Assembly: GCA_016935525.1 (NCBI GenBank)
Contig: JAFGQU010000007.1
Span: 9,057 to 73,056, forward strand
DNA length: 64,000 nucleotides
Reading direction: 5' to 3'
Source of the DNA: Candidatus Omnitrophota bacterium
Lineage (GTDB): Bacteria > Omnitrophota > Gorgyraeia > Duberdicusellales > 4484-171
Shown: piece after piece, positions 29,617-38,924 of the stretch
Position numbering within the stretch: position 1 is the first letter of the stretch
Layout of the letters: every line of letters starts with the position of its first letter
The notes under the pieces: model-generated
Databases searched by the model: none
What the model was told of the DNA's origin: nothing
Seen by the model: the letters and a program-made list of their open reading frames with translations, nothing else
Made by a program: the position numbers and the translations under genes

Positions 29617-29741
29617 GTCACAAAGTCACACGACATAAGGTCACACGTGAAGAAGAAATACGTGTGACGTGTGTTGTGCAACGTGTGACCGCCTGCAACG
29701 CAGGCGTTCGTGTGACTATGTGTCTATGTGACCTTGTGACT
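29617..29741. repeat. family A GTCACA/TGTGAC element, most complete copy
   Basis: direct GTCACANN x3, inverted TGTGAC arrays, central palindrome GCCTGCAACGCAGGC. Confidence 0.7.
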
Positions 29742-29749
29742 TAAATGGT

Positions 29750-30808
29750 ATGATGAAAGAATTCAGGAAAAACAGATTGGCAGTATTATGTTTGTTGGTG
29801 TTACTTTCGTTGTACGGGCTGGCGCTTTTTGCCGACTTTTTTTCTCCTTACGCTTACGATGAAGAAGATGTCGAGCATCTTTGGTCGCCGCCGGCAAAGA
29901 TACACCTTATTGACCGGGAACATAATATCTTTTTAAAACCGTTTATCTACAAAGACTCTTTTACTATCGATGAATATTACCGGCGCATTTACCGCGAAGA
30001 CCGTACTCAGGCGGTCCCTATACGATTTTTTGTGCGGGGTTTTTCTTATAAACTGCTGGGACTGTTCAAAAGCGATATCCATCTTTTCGGAGTCGCAGAC
30101 AGCAGTAAAATATTCATTCTGGGGGCCGATAGTAAAGGGAGAGACCTGTTTACCCGGATCCTGTACGGCGCGCGGATATCGCTGTCTATCGGTTTGATCG
30201 GAGTGCTGATATCGTATGGTATCGGATTGCTTCTCGGCGGGATCGCCGGATATTACGGCGGCCGGGTAGATATGATCCTGATGCGGCTGGTCGAAATGAT
30301 CATGCTTGTCCCGGGATTTTATCTGATGCTGGCTCTCAGGTCTTCGTTCCCGCCGAATTTAAGTTCTACTCAGGTGTATGTGTTACTTATCGTGATCCTT
30401 TCTTTTATCGGGTGGGCATCGATTGCCCGGGTGATCCGGGGGATGGCCTTGTCGTTACGGGAAAACGAATTTGTCTATGCAGCTAAGTCATTGGGGTTAA
30501 GAGATTTACAAATAATAGTCCGCCATATAATCCCTCATACGTTTTCTTATGCGATTGTCACGATCGTGTTGAGTATCCCCGGATATATTCTGGGAGAGGC
30601 GGCGTTAAGTATGATCGGGTTGGGTATTCAGGAACCTCAGGCCAGTTGGGGGAATTTGTTGTCAAGTGCAATGGGAATAGTAAATATCAAACTTTTTCCC
30701 TGGATCCTTACTCCGGGATTGTTTATTATTGCGGCTTCGATGTGCTTTTATGTGTTAGGCGAAACGTTACGCGATATCATCGATCCGAAGAGGAAAATAT
30801 CGTTATGA
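29750..30808 (+). CDS. ABC transporter permease (OppC/DppC family)
   Basis: OppC-type N-terminal extension plus permease core. Confidence 0.8.
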   Translation: MMKEFRKNRLAVLCLLVLLSLYGLALFADFFSPYAYDEEDVEHLWSPPAKIHLIDREHNIFLKPFIYKDSFTIDEYYRRIYREDRTQAVPIRFFVRGFSYKLLGLFKSDIHLFGVADSSKIFILGADSKGRDLFTRILYGARISLSIGLIGVLISYGIGLLLGGIAGYYGGRVDMILMRLVEMIMLVPGFYLMLALRSSFPPNLSSTQVYVLLIVILSFIGWASIARVIRGMALSLRENEFVYAAKSLGLRDLQIIVRHIIPHTFSYAIVTIVLSIPGYILGEAALSMIGLGIQEPQASWGNLLSSAMGIVNIKLFPWILTPGLFIIAASMCFYVLGETLRDIIDPKRKISL

Positions 30809-30832
30809 ATGGAGTGTATGGTTCGCGCGTTC

Positions 30833-30925
30833 GCCCGTACTCCCGTTACTTCACCCGCGGTGAAGTCTCCCGTTTTCTATTTTTTAACGGGCAGAACGGG
30901 CAAACGGGATAACGGGTGAACCCGA
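30833..30925. repeat. family I motif GCGCGTTCGCCCGTACTC followed by AACGGG tandem repeats (x4-5)
   Basis: same 18-mer at 4374-4394. Confidence 0.5.
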
Positions 30926-30932
30926 TTATATA

Positions 30933-31739
30933 TTGAAAAATATGAGTGATATTATTACTTTTAAAAATCTTGGAATACGTTATCGCGATGGGCATAAAGC
31001 TCTTCTGGCTCTGGATAACGTGACTTTTTCCGTCAAAGAAAAAGAGATTTTCGGTATCGTCGGTGAGTCGGGTTCGGGGAAGAGTACTCTTGCGTTTGCT
31101 TTGTTGGGGCTTTTGCCGGAAAATGCCGTAGGTGCCGGGCAGATATTTTTTGAGGAAAAAGATATTTTTTCGTTACCGGAAAGCCGCATGAGGGAGATCC
31201 GCGGGAGGCAATTAGGCGTGATCTTTCAGGAACCGGCGTCATCGTTTAATCCCGTATTAAGTATCGGTTATCAGTTCCGGGAACTGCTTATCCATAAGAT
31301 GCAGGTACAAGATGCCGCGCAACGCCGCGAAATCATGTTGTCCTATCTTAAAGAAGTCGGGCTTAAAGACCCTCTGCGTATTCTGGACAGTTATCCTCAT
31401 CAATTAAGCGGAGGCCAGCTCCAGAGGGTGGCCATTGCCTATGCTCTTTCTTTAAAGCCGAAAGTATTGATTGCCGATGAGCCGACTTCTTCGCTTGATG
31501 TGACCGTAGAGAGCCAGATCATCAACCTGTTTTCTTATCTGCGCGATAAATTCAATGTCACGATTATTTTTATTACCCATAATCTTGACCTGGTGGGTGT
31601 GCTTTGCGACCGGGTCGCGGTGCTTTATAAGGGGCAGTTACGTGAGATCCAGGAGCCGGCCGCGCTTTTCGCTGCCCCGAAAGACCCTTATACCCAAGAA
31701 TTGATACACACGTTTTCTCAATTGACCCAAAATGAGTAA
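30933..31739 (+). CDS. ABC transporter ATP-binding protein (OppD-like)
   Basis: GESGSGKST Walker A, LSGGQLQRV signature. Confidence 0.85.
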   Translation: MKNMSDIITFKNLGIRYRDGHKALLALDNVTFSVKEKEIFGIVGESGSGKSTLAFALLGLLPENAVGAGQIFFEEKDIFSLPESRMREIRGRQLGVIFQEPASSFNPVLSIGYQFRELLIHKMQVQDAAQRREIMLSYLKEVGLKDPLRILDSYPHQLSGGQLQRVAIAYALSLKPKVLIADEPTSSLDVTVESQIINLFSYLRDKFNVTIIFITHNLDLVGVLCDRVAVLYKGQLREIQEPAALFAAPKDPYTQELIHTFSQLTQNE

Positions 31740-32643
31740 GTTGCTGGAAGTAAAAAACCTTAAAAAATATTTTTCTCACCATCATTGCCTGGTGAAAGCG
31801 TTGGATGAAGTATCTCTTGAGATTCCTCACGGAAAAACGACGGCATTGGTAGGCGAATCGGGATGCGGGAAGACCACGTTAGCAAAAACCATTCTCGGCT
31901 TTTACCGGGCTCAAGATGGGAGTGTTTTTCTGGAGGGTAAAAATATCACCGCGTGCCGTCGTCGGTTTCTCGCGCGGAATATCCAGATCGTGTTTCAAAA
32001 CCCTTATGTAAGCGTGGATCCCCGGTACACGGTGTATGCGACTCTTTATGAGGCGCTTACCGTGTTTAAGAAAGTATCTTCTCAAGAGGCAAAACCCGAA
32101 CTTGTAAATCTATTGGCCCAGGTCGATCTGTCGCCGGAAGTGTTTCACCGGTATCCTCATCAACTCAGCGGAGGACAGTTGCAACGGGTATGTATTGCCC
32201 GGAGCCTGATCAACCGGCCCAAGCTTATTATCCTCGATGAACCGACGTCGGCTCTGGATATTACGACTACCCTTAAGATCCTGACGCTCTTAAAACGGCT
32301 GCAGAAAGAGTTGGGGGTGAGTTATCTGTTCATCTCTCATAACCTGAAATTAGTACGGTTCATGAGTGATTATGTGTGGGTGATGTATTACGGGAAGATC
32401 GTCGAGTGGGGCTCTCAAAAAGAGCTCTTTGAGAATCCCCGGCATCCTTATACGCGTGTACTTCTGGATGCTGCCTATCAACGGCTGACCGAGACGGCAT
32501 CAGAGACGCTTGAGACCGACGGTTGTCGTTTTCGCGCCCGGTGCACAAGCCGCGATAAGCGTTGTCAGGCAGAACCCGATTGGCAGGAAATCTCTTCTGA
32601 GCATTTCGTACGTTGTCATCGTAGCGGGGATACGTATGTATAA
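31732..32643 (+). CDS. ABC transporter ATP-binding protein (OppF-like) with Cys-rich C-terminus
   Basis: GESGCGKTT Walker A, LSGGQLQRV; C-terminal C..C..C..C. Confidence 0.85.
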   Translation: MSKLLEVKNLKKYFSHHHCLVKALDEVSLEIPHGKTTALVGESGCGKTTLAKTILGFYRAQDGSVFLEGKNITACRRRFLARNIQIVFQNPYVSVDPRYTVYATLYEALTVFKKVSSQEAKPELVNLLAQVDLSPEVFHRYPHQLSGGQLQRVCIARSLINRPKLIILDEPTSALDITTTLKILTLLKRLQKELGVSYLFISHNLKLVRFMSDYVWVMYYGKIVEWGSQKELFENPRHPYTRVLLDAAYQRLTETASETLETDGCRFRARCTSRDKRCQAEPDWQEISSEHFVRCHRSGDTYV

Positions 32644-32692
32644 CCCGCAAATCTGTATTATTCGGAAGTCATGTTTACAACTAAAACATTTC

Positions 32693-32923
32693 ACCACAGA
32701 GGACACTGAGATTACAGAGAGGAATTGAGAACATGTGCCTCTCTTTAAGAAAATCTGTAATTTTCAAATCGCTCAAAGAGCGTTTTGGTCCGGAACACGC
32801 AGTACGCATAAATAAAATTGAATATTTTATTTTACCGTCTGCGTGCTCCGGATCCTCCTGCGAGCATTATCTCGCAGGGTAATTACAGATTTTTACCTCC
32901 GTGCACTCTGTGCTCTCTGTGGT
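32693..32923. mobile_element. 231-bp MITE-like element copy 2
   Basis: termini ACCACAGAGGACACTGAGA ... TCCGTGCACTCTGTGCTCTCTGTGGT match copy 1; interior diverged. Confidence 0.5.
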
Positions 32924-33065
32924 TAAAAACAGCCTATCTATTAGCCCATCTTCTACCTGGGGCATTAGACGATATGTTATTTTTTCCGTGTTTTTCATTG
33001 CTCAATGAGAATCGTTTACTGATAATTGATCATTTTTGTATAACAGCGGGACGCAGTAAAAAACT

Positions 33066-33094
33066 TTGACAGGCTTTTTCAAGTCTTATATAAT
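33066..33094 (+). promoter_or_regulatory. consensus sigma70 promoter TTGACA-N17-TATAAT for lysS
   Basis: hexamers read directly from sequence. Confidence 0.65.
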
Positions 33095-33143
33095 CTTTAA
33101 AACCTATAAAATATATAAGAGACCTTAGTGAACCATCAAGATC

Positions 33144-34571
33144 ATGGAAAACCGTGAAAAACTAGACAAAATCAAGGCAGAATTCGGTAATCCGTTCGCC
33201 ATCAGAAGCTTTCTTAAACCGGAGGCGATCGGCGATGTGCTTGAACATTTTCAAGTCGATAAAGAGATCAGTGTTGCCGGAAGGATCATTACCAAACGCG
33301 AACATGGTAAATCGAGTTTTGCTCATATCAGTGATGTGAGCGGTAAGATCCAGATATTCGCTCAGTTGAACATGCTGGGGGAAGCCGGATACCGGTTGTT
33401 TAAAGAGTTGGATGTCGGCGATATTATCGGGATAAAAGGGAAATTGTTTATAACCCGTACCGAAGAGAAGACTGTCGCTGTCGGTGAACTTGTCCTGCTC
33501 TCCAAATGCCTGCGTAGTCTTCCGGAGAAATGGCATGGTCTGAAAGATACCGAAACCCGGTATCGTCAGCGTTACCTCGATTTGATTTCTTCGCAAAGCA
33601 CGCGGGACGTGTTTTTGAAACGGATCCGGATCATCGATCATATCCGGGATTTTTTCCGCAAAGAAAGGTATTGTGAAGTAGAGACTCCGATGTTGCAATT
33701 GCTTCCCGGCGGCGCGGCCGGTTCGCCGTTTGCGACTCAATATCACGCCTTAGGCCAGGAAGTATATTTACGTATCGCTCCCGAACTGTATTTAAAACGC
33801 CTGCTGGTCGGCGGGTTTGACCGGGTGTTTGAGATCAACCGTAATTTTCGTAACGAAGGTATTTCGACCCGGCATTCTCCGGAATTTACGATGCTTGAGG
33901 CATACGCGACGTATCAGGATTATCAATATATGATGAAGTTGTGTGAAGATATGATCTCATCTTTAGTGAAAAAAATATACGGAAAATATGAGATCGAATA
34001 TCAGGGCCAGCCTATTGATTTTACTCCGCCCTGGGAGAGGATCTCTTTTATCGGGCTTTTCGAAAAAGAGTTCGCGGTGAGTTCAAAAGATTCGGCCGAG
34101 AGTGTGCTTGAAAAGGTGAAAGCGAAACTGGACCTTTCCGATACGCGGTTGTCCCGTACTCAGGTCCTCAATATTACCGAAGAACTTATAGAAAAGAATT
34201 ATCCTAAAGGTAAACCCGCGTTTGTAATCGATTTCTTTTCCTGGATGTCCCCGCTGGCTAAAACGAAAAGCGATGACCCTTGTGTCGCCGAACGGTTCGA
34301 GTTGTTTGTCGCCGGGCTCGAACTTGCCAACAGTTATTCGGAATTAAACGATCCGATAGAACAGGAAGAGAAATTCCGGGCTCAGTTGAAAATAGAAGAA
34401 GAACTCCCGAAAAAGATCGATAATGATTTTCTCCTTAGTCTTCAATACGGGATGCCTCCGGCGGCCGGTTTAGGTATCGGTATCGACCGGTTGGTGATGA
34501 TCCTGCTTGATCAGCCTTCGATACGGGATGTGATCCTTTTCCCTCTCTTAAAGCCTTTACAGGAACAATGA
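33144..34571 (+). CDS. lysS: lysyl-tRNA synthetase (class II)
   Basis: OB-fold N-terminus, class II motifs (FRNEG...; GLGIGIDRL). Confidence 0.9.
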   Translation: MENREKLDKIKAEFGNPFAIRSFLKPEAIGDVLEHFQVDKEISVAGRIITKREHGKSSFAHISDVSGKIQIFAQLNMLGEAGYRLFKELDVGDIIGIKGKLFITRTEEKTVAVGELVLLSKCLRSLPEKWHGLKDTETRYRQRYLDLISSQSTRDVFLKRIRIIDHIRDFFRKERYCEVETPMLQLLPGGAAGSPFATQYHALGQEVYLRIAPELYLKRLLVGGFDRVFEINRNFRNEGISTRHSPEFTMLEAYATYQDYQYMMKLCEDMISSLVKKIYGKYEIEYQGQPIDFTPPWERISFIGLFEKEFAVSSKDSAESVLEKVKAKLDLSDTRLSRTQVLNITEELIEKNYPKGKPAFVIDFFSWMSPLAKTKSDDPCVAERFELFVAGLELANSYSELNDPIEQEEKFRAQLKIEEELPKKIDNDFLLSLQYGMPPAAGLGIGIDRLVMILLDQPSIRDVILFPLLKPLQEQ

Positions 34572-35722
34572 AGATCACGTGGTTTTTGGCGTGGCGGTAT
34601 CTTTTCCGGCAAAGCGAGCGTCATATCTCCTTTATCAGTATCGCTTCGGTATTAGGGGTGACGTTGGGAGTCGCGACACTGGTAGTCGTGATCTCGGTCA
34701 TGAACGGGTTCGATCAGGATCTGGCCGGTAAATTGTTACAGTTTCATCATCATCTTATCGTCGAGACGAGTTATCCCTCACTTCTCGATGAAGCACAAGA
34801 AAAGATCGAAGCGATACCGGAGGTGACCGGTGCCAGTATTTTTGTCCAGACACAGGTGTTCGGTGAATTCGGCGACTATATCGTACCGCTTCTGGTACGG
34901 GGGATCGATTTTTCCGATGTCCGGGAAAGAGAATTATTGAATTCTTTTATTAAAGAAGAGTTTTCTTCCGAAGGATTCTTTATCGGGGAAGAACTGAAAA
35001 ACAGGTTTGTGGTCGGTAATTCCCTTACTTTTTATCCGTTACGGAAAAAAATAAAGAGCGACGCTATCCCGATCCGGGGGACTTTTTCGGTAGGGATATA
35101 TGATATCGATAATAACTATCTTATCGGGAATATCGCCGAGGTGAAAGCACTGGGGCCTTATTACCTGCAATATCTGGGGGTACGCCTGAAAGACCCCTGG
35201 GAAGCCGAAGAGGTCAAAACACAGATCAATCGGTTGGGATTACCGCTTACGGTCAGTACCTGGATAGATACCAATCGGATGTTGTTCTCAGCCCTTAAAT
35301 TGGAAAAGATCACTATGTTCGTTATTTTAAGCCTGATTATTCTGGTAGCTACGTTCAGTATCTTTTCGCTGCTCATGGTAAAAGTAGTGGAGAAGACTAA
35401 AGAAATCGGCATTTTACGAGCGTTAGGGTTTACTTCCGGGGCTATCCGGAGGATATTTACGTTACAGGGGATAGTGCTGGGAGGAGTGGGGATGGTGAGC
35501 GGCCTGGGTGTGGGCGTAGGATTGTGTATATTGATCCGCGATTCTCACCTCGTGACGATTCCTAAAGAAATATATTTTATCGATTATTTACCGGTACATA
35601 TCGCCTATGGAGATATGATCCTGATCGGGGTGGTATGTATGGCGCTTTCGTTTGCCGCAAGTATTATCCCGGCGTTACGGGCCGGAAGGCTTGCGATTTG
35701 CCGGGCATTACGTTATGAATGA
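34568..35722 (+). CDS. lipoprotein-release/FtsX-like ABC permease (LolC/E family)
   Basis: MacB-like periplasmic domain plus FtsX C-terminal TM bundle. Confidence 0.75.
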   Translation: MKITWFLAWRYLFRQSERHISFISIASVLGVTLGVATLVVVISVMNGFDQDLAGKLLQFHHHLIVETSYPSLLDEAQEKIEAIPEVTGASIFVQTQVFGEFGDYIVPLLVRGIDFSDVRERELLNSFIKEEFSSEGFFIGEELKNRFVVGNSLTFYPLRKKIKSDAIPIRGTFSVGIYDIDNNYLIGNIAEVKALGPYYLQYLGVRLKDPWEAEEVKTQINRLGLPLTVSTWIDTNRMLFSALKLEKITMFVILSLIILVATFSIFSLLMVKVVEKTKEIGILRALGFTSGAIRRIFTLQGIVLGGVGMVSGLGVGVGLCILIRDSHLVTIPKEIYFIDYLPVHIAYGDMILIGVVCMALSFAASIIPALRAGRLAICRALRYE

Positions 35723-36404
35723 TCTGTTTGTCACTCAATCGGTCCGTAAACGGTATGTCAGCGGGAATGATCAGGTCCTCGCGATCGACGGGATCGATCT
35801 GGTGATCACGCAGGGAGAGTACGTGGCCGTTATCGGTCCTTCCGGTTCCGGTAAATCGACTCTGCTCCATATGCTTGGGGGGTTGGATATGCCTTCAGGT
35901 GGGGAGGTTCTTTATCGGGGTAAAGACATATACCGCTTATCCGATAAAGAACTCGCCCGTTGGCGGAACGAGACCGTGGGATTTGTCTTTCAATTCTATC
36001 ATCTTCTCGGGGAATTGACCGTGAGCGAAAACGTCTCATTACCGATGTTTTTACGGAATCGTGACAGAAAAAGCGCTTTAAAAAAAGGAATAGAACTGCT
36101 ACAATACTTAGGGATTCCCGAGAAAAAAGACAGTTTCCCCGCCCAGCTCAGCGGCGGACAGAAACAGAAAGTGGCGTTAGCCCGTGCACTCATAAACGAT
36201 CCCGATATCCTTTTTTGTGACGAACCCACAGGTAATTTAGATAAAGAATCTTCGACGAAAGTGATGTCGCTTTTACAGGAGTGGCATAACGTCAAGCATA
36301 GGACACTGGTGATGGTAACGCATAATGAATCACTTACCTCTGGGGCGGACCGGGTGCTTTATCTGCACGAAGGTAAAATAGAAACTGTAAGCTCAGGAAC
36401 CTAA
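35715..36404 (+). CDS. ABC transporter ATP-binding protein (LolD-like)
   Basis: GPSGSGKST, LSGGQKQKVALARAL; ATGA overlap with the upstream permease. Confidence 0.85.
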   Translation: MNDLFVTQSVRKRYVSGNDQVLAIDGIDLVITQGEYVAVIGPSGSGKSTLLHMLGGLDMPSGGEVLYRGKDIYRLSDKELARWRNETVGFVFQFYHLLGELTVSENVSLPMFLRNRDRKSALKKGIELLQYLGIPEKKDSFPAQLSGGQKQKVALARALINDPDILFCDEPTGNLDKESSTKVMSLLQEWHNVKHRTLVMVTHNESLTSGADRVLYLHEGKIETVSSGT

Positions 36405-36416
36405 AGGGGGATTACA

Positions 36417-37292
36417 ATGAAAGTATATGTGAACGGAAAACTCGTGGAACGCCGGGAAGCCAAAGTGTCGGTATTTGATCATGGTTTCTTATACGGAGAC
36501 GGGGTCTTCGAAGGTATCCGCGCGTATAACTGTCTGGTATTCAAACTGAAAGAACATATCGACCGTCTTTATGAGTCGGCGCACTCGATCATGCTGAATA
36601 CCCCGCTTACGAAAAAGCAGTTAGGTGATGCGATTATAAAGACGCTTAAGGCGAATAAATTAAAAGATGCCTATATCCGGGTCGTACTTTCCCGCGGGGA
36701 AGGAGATCTCGGCCTCGATCCCCGTAAATGTAAAGGGAACGAGACGGTGGTCATTATTACCGATAAGATCGCTCTTTATCCTAAAGAGTTATATGATAAA
36801 GGGATGGAGATCGTCAGCGTCCCGACAGTCAGAAACATCCCCGAGGCACTCAATCCTCAGGTCAAATCGCTGAACTATCTCAACAACATCTTAGCGAAGA
36901 TGGAAGCGATAAATGCGGGATGTCAGGAAGCGTTGATGCTTGATCATCTGGGGTATGTCGCTGAATGTACCGGTGACAATATCTTTGTGGTCAAACACGG
37001 GGAGCTGTATACCCCGCCGCAATGTATGGGGACATTACGGGGGATCACCCGGGACACTCTTTTGGTGCTTGCCCGTACATTGAAAATATCTACACATGAA
37101 CACGTGATCAGCCGTCATGAGCTCTATATCAGTGATGAATGCTTCCTGACCGGTACAGCCGCAGAGATCGTTCCGGTGGTGAAAGTCGACGGAAGAAAGA
37201 TCGGTGACGGTAAACCCGGTAAGCTGACTCAACGGCTTATGCGGGAATTTAAAAAATGCACCCAGAAAGAAGGAACCCGGTATAAATTGTAA
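36417..37292 (+). CDS. class IV aminotransferase (branched-chain amino acid / D-amino acid aminotransferase)
   Basis: FDHGFLYGDGVFEGIRAY motif. Confidence 0.8.
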   Translation: MKVYVNGKLVERREAKVSVFDHGFLYGDGVFEGIRAYNCLVFKLKEHIDRLYESAHSIMLNTPLTKKQLGDAIIKTLKANKLKDAYIRVVLSRGEGDLGLDPRKCKGNETVVIITDKIALYPKELYDKGMEIVSVPTVRNIPEALNPQVKSLNYLNNILAKMEAINAGCQEALMLDHLGYVAECTGDNIFVVKHGELYTPPQCMGTLRGITRDTLLVLARTLKISTHEHVISRHELYISDECFLTGTAAEIVPVVKVDGRKIGDGKPGKLTQRLMREFKKCTQKEGTRYKL

Positions 37293-37304
37293 AGTCATGA
37301 GTCG

Positions 37305-37335
37305 TTCGTCGATAGTCGATAGTATTTAAAGAGGA
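37305..37335. repeat. family F motif TCGATAGTCGATAGTATTTA
   Basis: related copy at 60428-60460. Confidence 0.45.
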
Positions 37336-37380
37336 GACCGAAACGAAATACTAACGACCAACGACTAAATACGAGAGAGT

Positions 37381-37869
37381 ATGAATTGTGATATTTGTCA
37401 TAAAATAGTGGCGACCGTACATCTGACCGAGATCGTCAACGAAAAAGTGGTCGAATTGCATATCTGTCAGAAATGCGCGAAAGTAAAGACCGATGAATTG
37501 AAAAGTCAATTGAGCCTTTCTGACTTTTTAGGCGGGCTTGTCGATAAACCGGATACGAAAAAAACTGTTCCTACCGCGTGCCCTCTCTGCGGATTGACAT
37601 TCAACGAGTTCCGGGAGAAAGGCCGGTTAGGGTGCGGTGAATGTTACGGGGCGTTTAAAGACCAGATCTTGCCGCTGTTTCGTAAGATCCACGGTTCTAC
37701 CCAGCATGTCGGCAAGATCCCCGCGCATGTCGAGAAAAAGATTTTGATCGACCGGGAAAAAGAAGAACTGAAAAACCGGTTGGCCCGGGCGGTGAAACTC
37801 GAGGAGTACGAAGAAGCGGCCCGTATCCGGGATAAATTGAAACATATCCGGCAGAAAAGGAAAAGATAG
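37381..37869 (+). CDS. mcsA: McsA-like activator of protein arginine kinase (zinc fingers plus UVR motif)
   Basis: four CxxC pairs; C-terminal EYEEAARIRDKL UVR motif. Confidence 0.7.
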   Translation: MNCDICHKIVATVHLTEIVNEKVVELHICQKCAKVKTDELKSQLSLSDFLGGLVDKPDTKKTVPTACPLCGLTFNEFREKGRLGCGECYGAFKDQILPLFRKIHGSTQHVGKIPAHVEKKILIDREKEELKNRLARAVKLEEYEEAARIRDKLKHIRQKRKR

Positions 37870-38924
37870 TGTTCGAACATCTCCTGCATAATTCGGAAAG
37901 TTGGCTTAATGCCAAAGGGCCTGACTCCAAAATCGTGATTTCTTCACGCTTGAGGCTTGCCCGTAACCTTAAAGGCAGCGTCTTTTCCAACCGTTGCCGG
38001 TTGCCTCAGAAATATGAAGTGCTGGATGAGGTAAATGCTGCCGCAGGGAAGATCGAACAGTTGCATTCGGCTCATTTCGTAAAGATGGAAGAGATATCTC
38101 AGTTGGACCGCCAGTTTTTGCTGGAGAGGCATCTGATCAGCCAGGAACATACCCTTGCTCCGAAAGGGAAAGGGCTGATCGTGAGCGATGACGAGAAGAT
38201 ATCGATGATGGTAAACGAGGAAGACCATATCCGTCTACAGGTATTGGCTTCGGGATTTGATCTTGACAATATCTGGCAGAAGATAACTGCGCTTGACGAT
38301 GAATTATCCCGCCGTCTCGAATATGCGTTTATGCCGGATCTGGGGTATCTTACCGCCTGTCCTACGAATCTGGGGACGGCGCTGAGAGCGTCGTGCATGT
38401 TGCATCTGCCGGCGTTGGTATTCACTAAAAAGATCAATAAGATCCTTGAACTTTTAACAAAACTTTCGTTTACTGCGCGAGGTTTGTTCGGAGAGGGGAC
38501 GCAGGCGCTGGGGAATTTTTTTCAGGTATCCAATCAGGTCACGTTAGGGCTTTCTGAACCAGAACTTATCGAGAACCTTTCGGGAATAGTGAACCAGGTG
38601 AAAGATCAGGAACAGATCGCTCGTCAAAACCTTTTGAAGAAATATAAATTTACGATAGAAGACAGCGTGTGGCGAGCAGTGGGTATTCTTAAACATGCGC
38701 GGTTAATGGCGACCAAAGAGGCGCTTGCGCATCTTTCCATGTTGTATTTAGGCGTTGATTTAGGTATAATTAAAAAAATCAAGCCGGAAACGATAAATAA
38801 TCTGTTTATTAATATACAACCGGCACATTTACAAAAGATCGAACAGAGAGTTTTACGTGAACAGGAACGGGATTATATCAGAGCGCATCTCATTAGAAAT
38901 AATTTAGGAGGGAAATATGTTTAA
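37869..38924 (+). CDS. mcsB: protein arginine kinase McsB (ATP:guanido phosphotransferase)
   Basis: CPTNLGT phosphagen kinase signature. Confidence 0.8.
   Translation: MFEHLLHNSESWLNAKGPDSKIVISSRLRLARNLKGSVFSNRCRLPQKYEVLDEVNAAAGKIEQLHSAHFVKMEEISQLDRQFLLERHLISQEHTLAPKGKGLIVSDDEKISMMVNEEDHIRLQVLASGFDLDNIWQKITALDDELSRRLEYAFMPDLGYLTACPTNLGTALRASCMLHLPALVFTKKINKILELLTKLSFTARGLFGEGTQALGNFFQVSNQVTLGLSEPELIENLSGIVNQVKDQEQIARQNLLKKYKFTIEDSVWRAVGILKHARLMATKEALAHLSMLYLGVDLGIIKKIKPETINNLFINIQPAHLQKIEQRVLREQERDYIRAHLIRNNLGGKYV

Noticed and set aside
33162-33746. 194-aa minus-strand ORF inside lysS
   Set aside because: Entirely antisense to a highly conserved aaRS gene. Spurious.
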